From the NCBI RefSeq assembly GCF_022539665.2, contig NC_081331.1:10106001-10170000 (forward strand): a stretch of 64,000 bases of DNA, given 5' to 3'. A program made the position numbers and the translations under genes. Of this stretch, positions 1-14,047 are shown in pieces (within the stretch, counting starts at the first letter, position 1; each line of letters begins with the position of its first letter). The notes beneath the pieces were generated by a model. The model searched no databases, was not told the origin of the DNA, and worked only from the letters and a program-made list of their open reading frames with translations. Origin of the DNA: Daphnia carinata (Eukaryota).

Positions 1-243
1 TTTTGTTTTTGTTTTTGTTGTACCGCTATGTTTTCACGTAACAGCAAAATCAAGCAGCGTGTGTTCCAACAATTACACGTATATAGCTAATATTATTTTT
101 CCTTGGAACACAATATTTTCAAGGTGTACGTAAAGTTGGTTTATGTATACTAAATTGGACTTGTATATTATGATCAATAATAATTATGCCAAACGTAATT
201 TTCTTTTATTTTTTCTTGCGTTTGCGTGTTTTGGACAACTCAC

Positions 244-2154
244 TTTACAGCCTTCGCACGATGTAACTCCGTAGTGGTAGCCGGAAGCTTTGTCTCCGCA
301 GACTTTACACGGGACGAAAGATTTACTGCTTCCGGCGCCGTTAGACTCGGCCGACGACGACGACCCCAACAAACCGGGTTCTGCAATAAACACAAACAAA
401 AGGTAAATAGAAGAAACGAGAAATGTGTGTACGTGTAAAATTAAGACGATACGGTACATCATCGTAAAAAAAAAAAAAAAAATCTAAACGTTAGTAAACA
501 TAACCTATTAAAAGCTTTCCTTGTATTCCTAACTGGATTTCATTTAACGTCGATGGTTCGAAAAGAAAAAAAAAAAGTGAAAAGTACATCGAAGCCATCT
601 GGTTATTGGTGTCTTTAAGCGAGACACTCGCAAATGTCCGTCATTCTGACGTCACCCAATGGATTTGTTAAGAATCTTTTTTTTTTTTTTTTTTCTTTAG
701 TACGTTAACGGAATCCTTTCTATTTTTTTTTCTCTCCCCCAGAAAGTATCTAACGAAGAGGGAAAGAAAAAAAAAAAATAAAACAAAAAACAACGGGACG
801 ATGATTGCCACCGGTGATATGCACGTCCCGTTGTCTAGCAAAGAAGAAAACAAACCACCTGTTACGCTCCAGCAATCGTCCTAGAGAAACGGCCAAGAGA
901 GGCTCTCGGCCACTTAGAGGAAGCCAGCCAAATGGAAACCGGTTAACTGTACCAATAACCGTATCAAAGAACAACAGAAAAGAAACAAAAAGTACGCGAC
1001 CCACGCAATCTCGATTCGCTCTCTCCGCTATCCAACAAAACTAAAAAAAAAAAAAATTGTTCGTTAATTAAAGAAAGAGGGGGGCCGATGAATTTTGATG
1101 CGAACCAACCCAAAAAAAAAAAAATATATAAAATGGAAATGACAAATGTTCGTTAATAGCCTTTTTTCATTTAATTGCTTTTTTTTCTTTTATTTATTCG
1201 GAAAACGGAGGGGGGGAGAAACTGTCTGCACTTCCTTAGATCGTAAAAATATTCTTCCCCCCAAAGTCTCCTTTAAAAAAAAAAAAACTGGAATTTGAAA
1301 ACCGGAATATGTTGGTCGTAATCATTTTCATCACCAGGTAGATGAGGGTTTGTTTTAAAGGGTAAAAACAGAAATAAGCCTTAATTAAAGTGACTGCTAC
1401 CCCCGTTATCCAGCCAACGGTGTCCGATGAACAGTATGTTCACCATTAAGTTCATCCTTTTTGTTTTGGTTCTATCCTTTTCAAAATGGGAAACCACACA
1501 AATTCGTCTATTTACTTTTCAATGTTTTGCGGTTGAAGCTCTGTCTATGTGTATTCGCCTTCCCAAAAAAAAAAAACTACTCTTACTGGAAACACCTTGA
1601 AAAAAAAAAAAGAAAAGCAGGAAGAAGAATCGAAAGAGCTGGAGGGAAGACCTTGAGGCTGGTTTTCCTAACGGTACACCTTTATAACAAAAAAAAAAAA
1701 AAAAAAAACTCCGTCACTCTCTCGGCATCGCAAAGTTCGTCGACCTTCTCTTTCCATCATTTTCTCCTTTTTTTGTTTTGTCTCTAATTTATTCATGCAC
1801 AAAATGTCGTGTGATGACGGGCCTTGACATTCGTACTCATACGTCTTGTCATCGTCTATTACATCACAAAAGAAGGACGAGTACAAAGTGAATCTCAAAA
1901 ATTTTTTGGGGGTGTTTATTCAGACGACTGTATGGAATGCTAAGTTTCATCTGCATACGATTTCACGTCGATTGCACATCATCATTCGCTGTGAGGCAAT
2001 GAACGCGCTGTGTCACGAGCTCGATCGAGTAGGTTCTCCAACGAGACAGGTAAACGCAGTTATGCAGCCAAAAAAAGGGGGCGCCGTTTGTTCCATAGCA
2101 ACTATATACTACGTTTTTTTTTTTTATTTTTTACTACACGCAGGGCATTCTTAT

Positions 2155-2185
<31 letters not shown>

Positions 2186-2754
2186 AGGTCGATGAACTTT
2201 CCCTCTTTTTCTTTCTACCTTTTTTTTTTTTTTTTTTCTTTTCTCCATTCGTTTAATTTTTCTTTTTTCTACCTGCGACGGTGTGAGTCGGGGCTTGTTC
2301 ACTTTTTGTTTCCTTTCTCTCTTTCTTTCGTCTAGATTTTTCACCTACCCACCATTAGTTTGTGGAACGTTTTAATAAGAAGAAAAAAAAATGGCTCCCT
2401 ATTTCGAAATGTGGTAAAAAAAAAAAAAACAAAAAAAAAAAACAAGGCGTGGTCAAGGTGTCTTTTCGTCGATCTTCATCTCGTTAACAATTGGTGCGAT
2501 TGTTTCGTTTCTAAGAAAGAGGAGAACGCGGCCACAGTCCCAATATAGGTGTTGCTCAGTGCCACCGAAGAAAAAAAAAAAAAAAAAGAAGGTAAACATT
2601 CCTACGAATCGAATAGGAGAAAGAAGAGGAATGATGGTCCGTCACGATCTCCCCCCCCCAAAAAAAAAGAAGAAAAAGAAATAACTTGCTTCCGTGAGGT
2701 CGATGAACTTTCCCTTCTTCTTACCCTTTTTATATTTTGTTGTTTTCACCTTGT

Positions 2755-2792
<38 letters not shown>

Positions 2793-3796
2793 TTCAAATG
2801 TATAGATATACATACTGCAGTCGATTCTTCTAAAACTTTTGCCTGACTGAAAACACGTGCCTCAGATTGCACCCAACCAATCGAACATGCTTGCCTTTCT
2901 TTGGCCAGCCGTTCGTGTGGAGCCTTGACAATGGCGGAAAAGACACAGGGTAGACAACAGACGCACGGTCCAAAATTTTCAATCAGTTCTTAGCAAGTCA
3001 ACCTTGGGTCGGCTTTCCTGCCGAATGGTGGGGGGGGGGAGACACTGAAGGTCACTGCGCAACTCCTGTTTTATTACACACACACACACGTTGATTTATT
3101 CCCTTTTTGTTTTTTAAAATTCTTCTACTAATCTTTTACGTATCTCGGTCAGCGTTCGTTCGTTGAACTTACCGTCGTTCGTTCTAGCGATTGCCAATGA
3201 AACTCGCCGATTGTGAATGGAACAAAACGAGAGACGGACTTACCATTTTTGAGCGTGATCGGGGTGGAGGGCGGTGTAGGTGGAGGATTATTTCCGGCCT
3301 TTGGTGGAGGGAAGAGGTTGAGCGACGGCCTAGGTGGTGGCAGTTGACGATGCTGTTGCTGGCCACCGTTGAAACTGTTGGTCACGTCAAATTCACTTTT
3401 GATTTTGACGCCGGAATCGTTCAGGTTCGATCCGGAATCGATGCCGGCCGGCGATGGCGGCGTGGTCGGCGGAGGGCTGTTGAACATGCCATCGGGACCG
3501 AGAGCATCAAACACACCGCCATCCTGTTGTTGCTGTGGCGGAGGCGAAGGTTCGTCGTACTCCTCTTTAAGAACAACGCCGTTTGAGGATGTAGACGAAG
3601 ACGAGGCTCCTCCGCCAGAAGCGGACACTGTGTTCGGCGGAGGCGTAGGCGGAGTCGACGACGAATCGAAGAAGCTCAGGTTGAAATCCGACGTCGTGTC
3701 AAAACTGACTTCGGTTGTCACCTGATGATGCCGGCTGGATTCCCTGGAACCGGATCCCAATCCGCCCATCGACTGATCGATTTTGAACACATCCAT
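244..3796 (-). CDS. E78: Ecdysone-induced nuclear receptor E78 (NR1E), 5' part. Coding exons 3796-3244 (Pro/Ser-rich A/B domain) and 380-244 (first zinc finger). The gene continues beyond the left edge.
   Basis: Exon 380-244 encodes [26 protein letters not shown], the E78-type first zinc finger with P-box CEGCK. The phase-1 donor GTAAGT at 3243 joins the acceptor TGCAG at 381 in frame (N-E-P-G). Donor GTGAGT at 243. Confidence 0.9.
2154..2181. repeat. (AC)n microsatellite
   Basis: Uninterrupted AC dinucleotide run. Confidence 0.9.
2186..2198. promoter_or_regulatory. EcRE-like IR1 element AGGTCG-A-TGAACT (copy 1) in E78 intron
   Basis: Nuclear receptor half-sites inverted with a 1-nt spacer. 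It lies within a 22-bp sequence (2183-2204) repeated exactly at 2694-2715. Confidence 0.6.
2697..2709. promoter_or_regulatory. EcRE-like IR1 element AGGTCG-A-TGAACT (copy 2) in E78 intron
   Basis: Identical to 2186-2198. Confidence 0.6.
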
Positions 3797-4438
3797 TTTT
3801 GCCGATTGAATTCAACGAGTTGTTAGGGATTGCAAGGTTTCCTTTCGAAATGTTTCCTAGAACTTTTCGTTTGCCTTTCTTTATTTATTTGGCTATCAGC
3901 TGTGTGTGTTTTTTTTTGTTTTTTTTGAGTAATGTTCGTCCAAGTTGGAATGATGAGGTGCAATACGTGAGCAAACAAAAAACGCGGAGCCTGGCCAGCA
4001 AGTTCCTAATTGTTCCAGAACATGCAGAGAGTGTGTCAGCTTCTTTTCCAGCGTCTTCTAATCTTCAACATCATTCCTGTGACGAAATTCAAAAAAGGAA
4101 ATGATAAGATTTAGATGGAGTGCAGCATATTCGTCATTTGCAGACGCAACACGATGTTGTAATAAAGTGGGAGAAAAAAAAAAGGGCTAGGAACGAAAAT
4201 GAAATGGATAGGAAAAACCTATTATTATTACACGACGTCCATTTTTTATTGTAATTTGCTTATTTTTTCCGCAAAAAAAAAAAAAAATATTTATACATAT
4301 ATATATTTTTGAATATTTTGGCAACGCAAGGACAGCAAGGTCACGGCCAGCGTTACGAAGATGGCGAGGAGTGGTGCAACCTATCCGTTTAGTTCTTTCT
4401 TCTTTCTCTCTAACTTTTGGGCAGCACCAGTAACTGGA

Positions 4439-4451
4439 AGGTCATCGACCT
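4439..4451. promoter_or_regulatory. EcRE-like IR1 element AGGTCA-T-CGACCT upstream of the E78 coding exon
   Basis: One mismatch from the ideal AGGTCAnTGACCT. Confidence 0.55.
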
Positions 4452-7400
4452 CCACCGTCACTCTCCGGCCCAGCCTTTTTTTTTTTTTTTTTGTTTTTTT
4501 TTTCGTTTTTAAACGTCCACTTTCTATTCTTTTTCACTGACCAAATAAACGAGAGGAAAAATATATATATATATGTTTCCTACCCTTTTGTTCAAGTTCA
4601 AGTTGATGGTGAAAGTATTAGAGAATTCGACTTTGACTTGGTTCTCTTCCTTGTTTATGTTTTTTTTTTTCAATGTCAATGTCAATCGCACGCAAAAAGA
4701 GAAAGCTGCACTGAAAGTGAGCAAAAAATCTGATAGACGCGTCGTGACGAGTACACGCTGATAGAACTCACGTCTAAAAAAAAACAAAACAAAAGGGCGA
4801 ACATTCACGGCCATTTTGAGACATGGGTCGACTGGAGCGCCATCCTGGTAACGTTCTTTTACACGATGAGGGGAGGACAGAAAAGACATGCGCACTCAAT
4901 CTCGAAGAATATAAAAGAAATGTTTAAAGGGGGGGGGGGGTATGGATATCAATTCACCTGCTCCTAGTCTCTTCTTATTTTCTTTTTCAGAAGAAGAAAA
5001 GAAACAAAGTCTAAAAAAACTAACTTCGTTTCTTGACTCGGACTGTCACGAGAATGTCAGTGGCCACTATTTCTCTACACCAGATTACTATACATAAGCC
5101 AGCACCGAATATGGCAGAAGGGGGGGGGGCTGCTGAACGAAGAGAATAAAAATCGCTGCTGTCCCGACAGCTATGTGACAAGACTGGATTTTCTTCTTTC
5201 TTCTCAACACAAATGGGGGGGGGGGGGGGGGAGAGAGAAGGAAAAAAAAAAGAAAATCGATTCAAACAAATAATCTCGTCTGACTTGATTCTGATTCTTG
5301 TGTTTCCTTTTAGCGTAAAGTTGAATAACACTATCGCTATTTTTTTTTTTTTTTTTTGCAAATAATGCGAAACATTCAATGTACGGGACATAATTCTATG
5401 GGGATAATTCGATTTCAAAGCGCAAAATTCGTAAAGTTAAAAGAAATCGATTTCTTTTCGTCCTTTTTTCGTATTCTGCGCTGTCAAGGAAAAAAAGAAA
5501 AAGAATAAAAGATTGGAATATTTTTTTTTTTTTGGGCCGATTGCCAAAAGGCCTTGGTCAGGTTCGACGACCTCTGCTATATTCGCTACCAACTTCGACT
5601 AACCGGTGAGAAAGAAATAACTTACGATGAAAGAAATGATAATGAAAAAAAAACATGTGACAACTCATCTTACGAACACTGGTTTTGAAGAGAAAAAGAA
5701 AAAAAACTGCAGATTTAAAAGAAGATATACCAACCTTGAAATTAAGGAAAAGAAATACTCGAATCCTCGTCGATCGGAGAAATGCGACGTTGTTGAATGA
5801 AAAATGGCAGAGAACAGGATATAGGGGAAATGTCAGTTCTCTACGTTTAGATATTTATATCCGGAGGTGTGGTAGTACCGGGGATTTTTCTGTGACGGAT
5901 GAACGTCAGAAAGGGAACCCCTTCCCCACAAAAAAAAAAAAAAATGGAAAATCAAATCAAAGAAAAATCGAAAGGTGAATGCCACTGTCGACGCAAGCGA
6001 GCGTGTTTTGTTTTTTTTCTTTCTAACCGAAAAAAAAAAGAATTGTTATGCTGTCAATGTCACTGTTGATTTCCGGAATAGAAATTTTTTTGGGAGGTGG
6101 TTGATGGTGGGCAATTTTTTTTTCTCAAATGTCAACGACTTTGTCCCGTTTAATCTTTTCGAAATTAGAAAAAATGTGTCGACTTTATGGCGCACTGGAT
6201 GACAAAAAATCAGCTTTGTTTTCTATTTAAGCGGCTGCCTGAATGTGAAAACACGGTACGCACAAGTGGAGACACTAAGACGGACTGAGCTGCGATGTAG
6301 ACGGCCGCTATGAAAAATTATGAAGCGTCTCGGAAGACGATCGCAACGGGACTGAGGAGGAAGAAGCGCTAGCCGGCCAAAGACTATATACACACTCGCG
6401 CGCACACACACACAGTGCAGACTTGAAGAGGAGGGAGGTCTCTGCCTACCTGCCTTCTCCCTATTCACCTGGGTGTTGTGCATGCGTATGTATTTCTCAG
6501 CGCGGCTTCTCATATCCTCGCCATCGAAGAGAAAAAGAAAAAAAAAAACACATTGATATATTCCGTCTAGCTGTTCTTTGAGGCTTGCTTTCCTTCCCTA
6601 TTTATTTTTATATGTATAGCTTCCTATGAGAGAGTCAATGCTTGCTCTTTAGGGAGACCTTCGCACAGCCCCCCCCCTCCTTCTATGAACTTGTCTTGTA
6701 TATATATATATATATATATTTTTATTTATCATTTTTTTTTTTAGAATAGATATCTGTGTCTGTACCTTTTGCTAAAAAAGAATGTTCTCCCCCCTCCTTT
6801 AACTCTGCTCCCCTCCTCTCCATATCCCACTTATTCTTTTTTTTTTTTCCTTTTTTTACCTGTGTGTGTGTGTGCGTTGATGTTATTCAAACACGTTATC
6901 CCTCCTCCACCTCCTAAAATCCCTCCTTCTACACACAGAGAACGTTGCGAGTGTGTGAAGACGTCCACCCCATGAAGAACATGCCTAGAGGCTTGAAATC
7001 CCGTTCGATGGTGGATGGCACTTTCCTTTTGTTGGGGGGTGGATGAGTTTCGCTCTTCCACCGAATGAAGAACATGTTTCTTTTTTTTTTTTTTTTCGAG
7101 TGACACGCCTGGGAAGGAGGGGTGAAATACGTGTGTGTGTGTGCATCACAATCATACAGAGTGACGACAACTCACGCACGTATTCAACAATACGTAACGA
7201 GCGTTCAACGAGGCGATAAGAAAAATCTAATTCTCACACAATGTTCAATCGTGATCTAAAACGCGTACACAAAAGAATATGCTAATCTTTGCAATAGATG
7301 TTCAGTTCTACCGCATCATGAAACTGAGAATGCTCAGAAATTGCGGTAAAAAGGCCAACTGAAAAGAGACTTGAACGAACGGTTCGGAAGTCGGATCGTA

Positions 7401-7918
7401 TAGTTTCCGCTTATGAATTGTTTTCGATGTTTCCCATCGTTCTTTTGCAGCCATGTTACGGGTTAGGGTACAGTTGTATGATTCAACTAGTGAATTTGAG
7501 CGTGGGACCAAGACGTAGGTTTCCTTTTTTTTCATTTCAATTTTTCAACAGAAAAAAAAGAAAGAATATGAATAGTATATTCTCTTTCCGTCTTATTACG
7601 CGAAATTCCAGTTCACGAAAGAAGAAACAGGACATGCAAATCGTGAACATTTAGGATCTACAATTTCCTCGGTTTTATAACTCTGTCGGGAATTTCTTTG
7701 TGTAAATCGAATCGATTAAATCATTACGTACGTTGATTACAAATTGATGACGCGAAAGAAAGAGTCGGGATGAGACAGCATATAACGAATTGAAAAGGAA
7801 CAAAAAAAAAAGGAAAATGGCAAAAACAAAAGCTTTCTTAACATTTCTTGTTCTTCGTTCCGTATAATATCGCCATTTGGACGACCACGCCCCGTGCGTG
7901 ACGTCAGTTTCATGGCCA

Positions 7919-7931
7919 GGGTCATTGTCCT
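7919..7931. promoter_or_regulatory. EcRE-like IR1 element GGGTCA-T-TGTCCT upstream of E78
   Basis: Matches RGGTCAnTGNCCY. Confidence 0.5.
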
Positions 7932-10900
7932 GCCACCACATCAGCTGATGGCAGAAAGGAAAAACATAAATTCAATGAAAGAAAAGCAAAAAGAAGAGAA
8001 TATTATCGAATCACGTTGTCCATCATTTTCGACTTGTTTGAGTTATTTTCAAATTTTTCTGAACCAGTTTTTTTTTTTTTTTTTTGTCTTTTCCCTTTGT
8101 TTAGTTTTCGATGTGCTTAAATTGTCCACGGTTATAATCGACGATAATTTGGCCTGATCTAAAACACTTGCGGGAATCATTTCTAAATGATATACGAGGT
8201 ACAAAGAAAAAAAGAAACCAATTGTGATATGCAAATGACGAGATAAAAAGACAAAGAAAAACTCTAGAGGTAAAAATTCTAGAGCTGATTTTTGTTTTAT
8301 AAGGACAGACGGTACATGATCCGCTAGTTGCGGATGACTGGTGCCGAGATGGCCGTGACTTTCTCCCGTTTTCAGCGGGGTAAATATATAAGAATCGCTT
8401 TCCATTTACGTGACTCTCGTATGTGTGTTATTTTGCACGAATTCTAGTCAATAGGACAGAATTCACGGTCGACAGAACGAGAGAAGGAAAACTAACGGCA
8501 AACCGAGAGCTCACAAATAAACACGCCGGCCACCCGTACAGCGCTCCTATCGCCCTCCACTTTATTGGCGCGCGACGTTTTTCAGATGACACGAAGCGAT
8601 ACACGAAATGTTCGGTTTCTTGCTCTTGCTGTACTACACAAGACAATTTCCCCAAATCTTATAAAACAAAGAAATAAATGGAGAAGAAAAAAAAAAAAAA
8701 AAAAAATGAAAATGAGAAATGCGGTTATCCAATCTCCAATGTCAGGGGCTAGAAAAATACCGCAATTTCTGCAATGCCGTTTCTTTTATTTTATTTTTTC
8801 CCGAAACTCTTCCGCGGGATTATTTCACGAATTTTCATTTACCGGTTGTCTTCTTCCTGCCGCTCTTTTTTTTTTTTCTTGAATGTTTTTTGCGGTTTGC
8901 TAACGGCCCGTGTAAATGTTGGTTTATGGACAAAGACAAAAAAAAAAAAAAAAAAATCACGAAAAAAAAAAAAGAAGAGCCATAAAGAAGAACTGTGCAA
9001 GTATTTTAATTGTGGCCGCAGGTGAGGAAGGAAGGAAGAAAACGCGCAATCCCAGCACTCGAAGCAAATAATGACAAAATTCCCAGTGAACCCCAGAGTG
9101 CACACACCTGCGGGACACGACGAACGGTGAATCCTTGTTTCCATCCATTCTATTATATCAATTTTTCCTTTCTCATGATAGTCATGTGCGCTCTGTAATA
9201 CTGGATGCCGCGCGATGCACCCAATTATCCGCCGCGCAAAGTACCGCGATGCACGACGTGTTAAATACGTGTCTATTGCGCGTTCAGCCTGTGTATACAG
9301 TAAATGTAATTCATTTTTTTTTTTTTTTTTTTGGATCAGTCATATGCCTGGAAAACTCGTGCTGTTATTCGGTGGGGTGCCCACAATTGGAGAGAAACAA
9401 TACGTAAACGCGGGAAGGAAACCAAGTGAACGGAAGTGGTGCCGAACGGGATCCTTTTTATTTCCATGTAGCTTCTTCTTATTGTATGGTTTATTGACGG
9501 CATATTATACATAAAGCTTTATCTATATATATATATATATATATATGTACTGCTACATTGTAAAGATTTTCATGGATAAATAATCACAGGAGAGGGTTTT
9601 AATATGAAGATTTCACGCGAAGGCTTGCTTAGGGACATAGGGCACAAGCCACAAGATATATAACTGCAAATAGGATACGATCGATTTAAAAAACAAATTG
9701 CAATACATTGTGTTTGAAGACGGTAAAGTTAGTCAATTACAGGTGGCTATTTATATAAATATTACCGCTATATTTATTTAGTAAAAAAAAAAAAAAAAAA
9801 AGAATGTGGCGAAAAAACGGGACGTAACAGTAGTTGGAACGTTTGGTGACATGTAGAGCAATGATAGACCCGCTTCATTATGAGCAATAGGCGAACTGAT
9901 GCTTAACAACAAAAAGGAAATTAAAAACAATGGGAATAACCGGAGTGAGACAAATACAATCAGTTGACAAAATAAATAGCAGTTTTTTCCCCTTTTGTTA
10001 GACCTACGACAAAAGGAATGTCTTTAGTCTCATTTTGAATGAGATCCCCTCATCCGTAAATTCAACCCTAAAGTGGGTGATTGAGGAGATGGGAAGTGGC
10101 CTGTTACATTCAACGCTTTTGCCTCAACATGTTTTTAAGGTCTTTTAAATTTCGTGTGTAGCCACAGGTTTTTAAAGACCAGTTTATGTTATTTAGTGGA
10201 CCCAGACTGGGCATATCAGCATACGAAAGCACAGACACTTTAGGCGACTTTATATAGGCGGTCATTTGCATATAAACACACACTCGTCGACGAACTGCGG
10301 CACCTTCGATTTTTATTCGTCCTTTCTCCTTTTATAGTCCATCTCTATCTACATATTTATAATAGGATTAAATAAGCAGCACTCGCGCGCGATCAAGAAT
10401 TTTTGATAAGCCGTTAAAAATAAAACAAGATCTCTAGTCTGGTTGGTATGTTATTCATCACATCAGTCAGCGCCATACACAGACGTCCATCTCTTTTGTC
10501 ATTCTTTTTTCACATCAAAATTTAAGAATGAAACCCGAAAAAAAAAGGAGCAACCTCAAGAATTGTCCGCGTGCTTCTCCACTAAATCAAGACGTGGAAG
10601 CCTGTCCAGTTGCATATAATTACAAAAAAAAAAGGAGGAAGGGGGGGAGAAAAAGAAAACCAGGATAAGAAGAAAAAGAAGAGTATCGAGAAAATAAAAG
10701 GAGATAGGCAACAGGCGCGAGGACGAACAACGGAAAAAGAAGAACAAAAAAAAAAAAAAAAGAACACGAACCTCCCATCGTTTCGGTTCGTTGACTCTTC
10801 AACATAACAGGCAGCAGTGGTATAGAAGAGTGGTGGCTACAAGCGGTATAGACTGTCGTGGATGTACGGTGTGCGTGAGTCTTCAACTCCGTGTAGCGTT

Positions 10901-13900
10901 CCGATGCACGAAAAGTCGCACAGCAAACACAAATGCCAAGCCACACAGACGAGTTAATACGCTATACGCAGTGCACGCGTATGTGAAGTGCGTGAATTCA
11001 CGATGATTGAAGCGTGAGAACAACCCTGGCGACCAGTTATGTCCTTATATTACAGAAAATATGTACACAAAATACACGAACAGCTTTTCACGGTCGTCTT
11101 AATAAAATATAAAAACCAACGTGTTTCTATTTTTGTTTTCGTTTCTTAGTTCGAGTCGGGAAAAATAAAAACGGCACATTTTGTGACGCGTCTGCCTCTC
11201 GATAAACTTTAAACGACGTGAACCTGAATGCCGCTAATAATGCGATAGAACAGGTAAAACTTGACGGCACATTTATCACGTTGGAACTGGAGAATAACAC
11301 AGGATGAGGTTTCGAACTTTATTGAAACGAATGTTTACAAACAAATGCGAGAGACGGATGCGTCGTTGTTTTTATTGCGCACATGATTTGATTGTTTAGG
11401 TCAATGGGAACCGGCAGGACCACAAGAAAACATCGACATGTCGCGGCTGATAAATATTTTTATCAAGATACGAATGCGCAACACGATCGTGTACTTTAAT
11501 CATTTCATCTTACGCAATGGAATGGAGAAAACATGTTTTTTTTTTCCACTGTGCGGCAATAGGGGAATCACGGTAATCAGACGGGATTTATTACGTGCAT
11601 ACTACATGTAGCCGATATGACGTCACTTCATGCCTGGATCAACGATCTAATAAACATCTGCCACATTAATTCACGTGATTTGTTTTCCCACATGCGGCAA
11701 CATTTTAACCAATGGCACATATAAATCTGTCTGATAAATACATCAAACGCTTATTGGCACTGATGCGTGAAATCATTCGCATTGAAACAAAACGAAATGC
11801 TACGTGCAATCGTCCAGACGTGGCTGTTGCAAACTCATTAAATGGGTTACATGCACGAAAGACATTCAAGGAACAATTCCTCGGGTATAAAAGGATAAAA
11901 ACTTTCCTCGATTTGGACGTACCACCGTTTCTTTTAAAGGGACGGAAGATTTGAAAAGACGCCTTTGTAAGTGTGCGTACAGCCATTCAAAGATGCAAAT
12001 ACATTTTTAATGCTCGTCGCATTTGAGCGCCTCAGGGTGTAATTCTGGAATTGTTGAAACAAATCAAGACATTTATTACAGACTGCCAGTTCGCTGCGCT
12101 ATGCATATTTTAATCCGACAAAATGTTACGCACTTTTTTGACTCGACAGTAAGGAACAGAAGAGAAAAATAAGAAATACTTTAACGGAAATCAGTGACTG
12201 ATTATTTTCTCCCCTGTATGTTTTAGTCACATTATTGGTGGGCTAGTCGCAATCGAATGTTGTTTCGTGATTCGCTCTGTGGCTGTATTCTAGTGTAAAA
12301 CAGAAAATACCATTAGCGTCGCGTTCTTGAATAACGGACTCTCGTCGTACTAGATGCTACCGAGAACCCATACACAACACGCATCAAGCAACAGGAGAGG
12401 AAAGGTTCCGTGAAATTCGAACGGTGTTTAAATAATACTGTGAACGCTACACGAAAATCTCCAGTTGCTGTGTAAAAAACTATAGCGTTTACACATGCCG
12501 ATGGATATTCTTGGGCGTAAAGGAAAAAAACGAACATGATTTTAAAGTGTAAGCGGAAACATAACGGACAAGAAGAAAAAAAGCAGAAGTCATCAAGGAA
12601 GATGTCGTTGAAAAAAAAATTACTGTGGAGCGGCTGGCTCATGCCATCAAACATTACAGGCAATAGCCTTAGGTTAGTTACGCAGTATATTTAGGTAGCA
12701 ACACAGCTTGTTAAATGTAGCCTACAGAAATAAAAAAATGTGTACGGAACTGAACGTCAATAAATCATCAACATTAACATGATTTTCGACCTCTTCTTTT
12801 GATTTTGTGATCCAAATTATGTAATTGCGTAGCAATATCTAAGTTTTTGAGAAGAATAAGCAAAAAAAGTCGGTCTTAATTTTGACGGGCTTGAAGAATT
12901 GCCAATCCTTCTGATCAGTCCCTAAGATCCAGTACTTCCATCATTAATCACTACGAAAGGCAATGCTTCGCCATCTATTGCAAAGTACTGTGACGAATTT
13001 TCCATTATTTATAATGCAGAAACCAGACATAGTTTTTGGATTTCATTTGTATATTGAACAGTGAAATAAGGAGTTATTAAATGACTGGCAATTAAGTTAC
13101 CCACAATATTGCCAGGTTGGTAGTAAACGAGCGCATCAAGGGATTCGTCGAGTTTCAAAAATTACATATACAGGCTGGCGCGCTAATACGATGCAGCGCA
13201 ACCAAAAAAAAAAGTCGGGCTTATTTTGTCGGACAGCCCAACAAAATAAGCCCGACTTTTTTTGTTTTTTAGGTTTAATTTAGAAACTATAAGACCAATT
13301 AAAAAATAAACTTGATTTCCGTGATCAGCATTCAAAGCTCAATCGAAATCATGTATTTTAAGCCAAATTTGAAATTTGGCCAAAAATGAAAAAGTGAGAA
13401 GGCTATAGCCTTCTCACTTTTGTCAAAATCGACCAAAAAACGAAATCTCTTGGAATTCGATGAAACTTATACAGTATAATTAAAATTTAACGCGGATTTC
13501 GATTCAGCAATTAGTTTTTTCCCTTACCCAGCCGTTTTGAAAATAAAAGAAAACGAAGTGCTGCTAGTGACATTTTTTTTGCGCCGTAATGTACTGGCGC
13601 GCTAGAAGGTTCCAAAGTTCGGTGTATTTCAAAAACGATTGACTAAATGAAAAAAAAGAATAATTTTCCCTGAATCAGCATTTAATTTTGAGTATATACT
13701 GTGATTTTCACGCAATTCCAATGAGCGTCAGTTTTTGCAGGTATAAATTTTAAGCCCGACAAAATATACCCGACTCGTGTTTGTAGGTTTAATTAAAAAC
13801 TATAAGGCCAATTAAAAAATAAACTTAATTTTCGCGATTAGCTATGGCAATATGGCAATCCGTTTTACATTAAAAAAAAAAATGGCGGAAAAAAAAACGC

Positions 13901-14047
13901 ACTTTTTTCTTTTTTTCCGACACGTAGACATCTACCGCTCAGACTCGTTATTACTGGCGTAGGCAAATTCAGTCCATTGGATGCTATTCGCAGTTAGTTC
14001 AGTAGCGTGGATGGAGAATAACGCGTGGCTGGAGGAATCATTGAAAA

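Noticed and set aside
668..12700. Many short Lys- or Phe-rich ORFs
   Set aside because: They are translations of poly-A/poly-T tracts and microsatellites in the E78 intron and upstream region.
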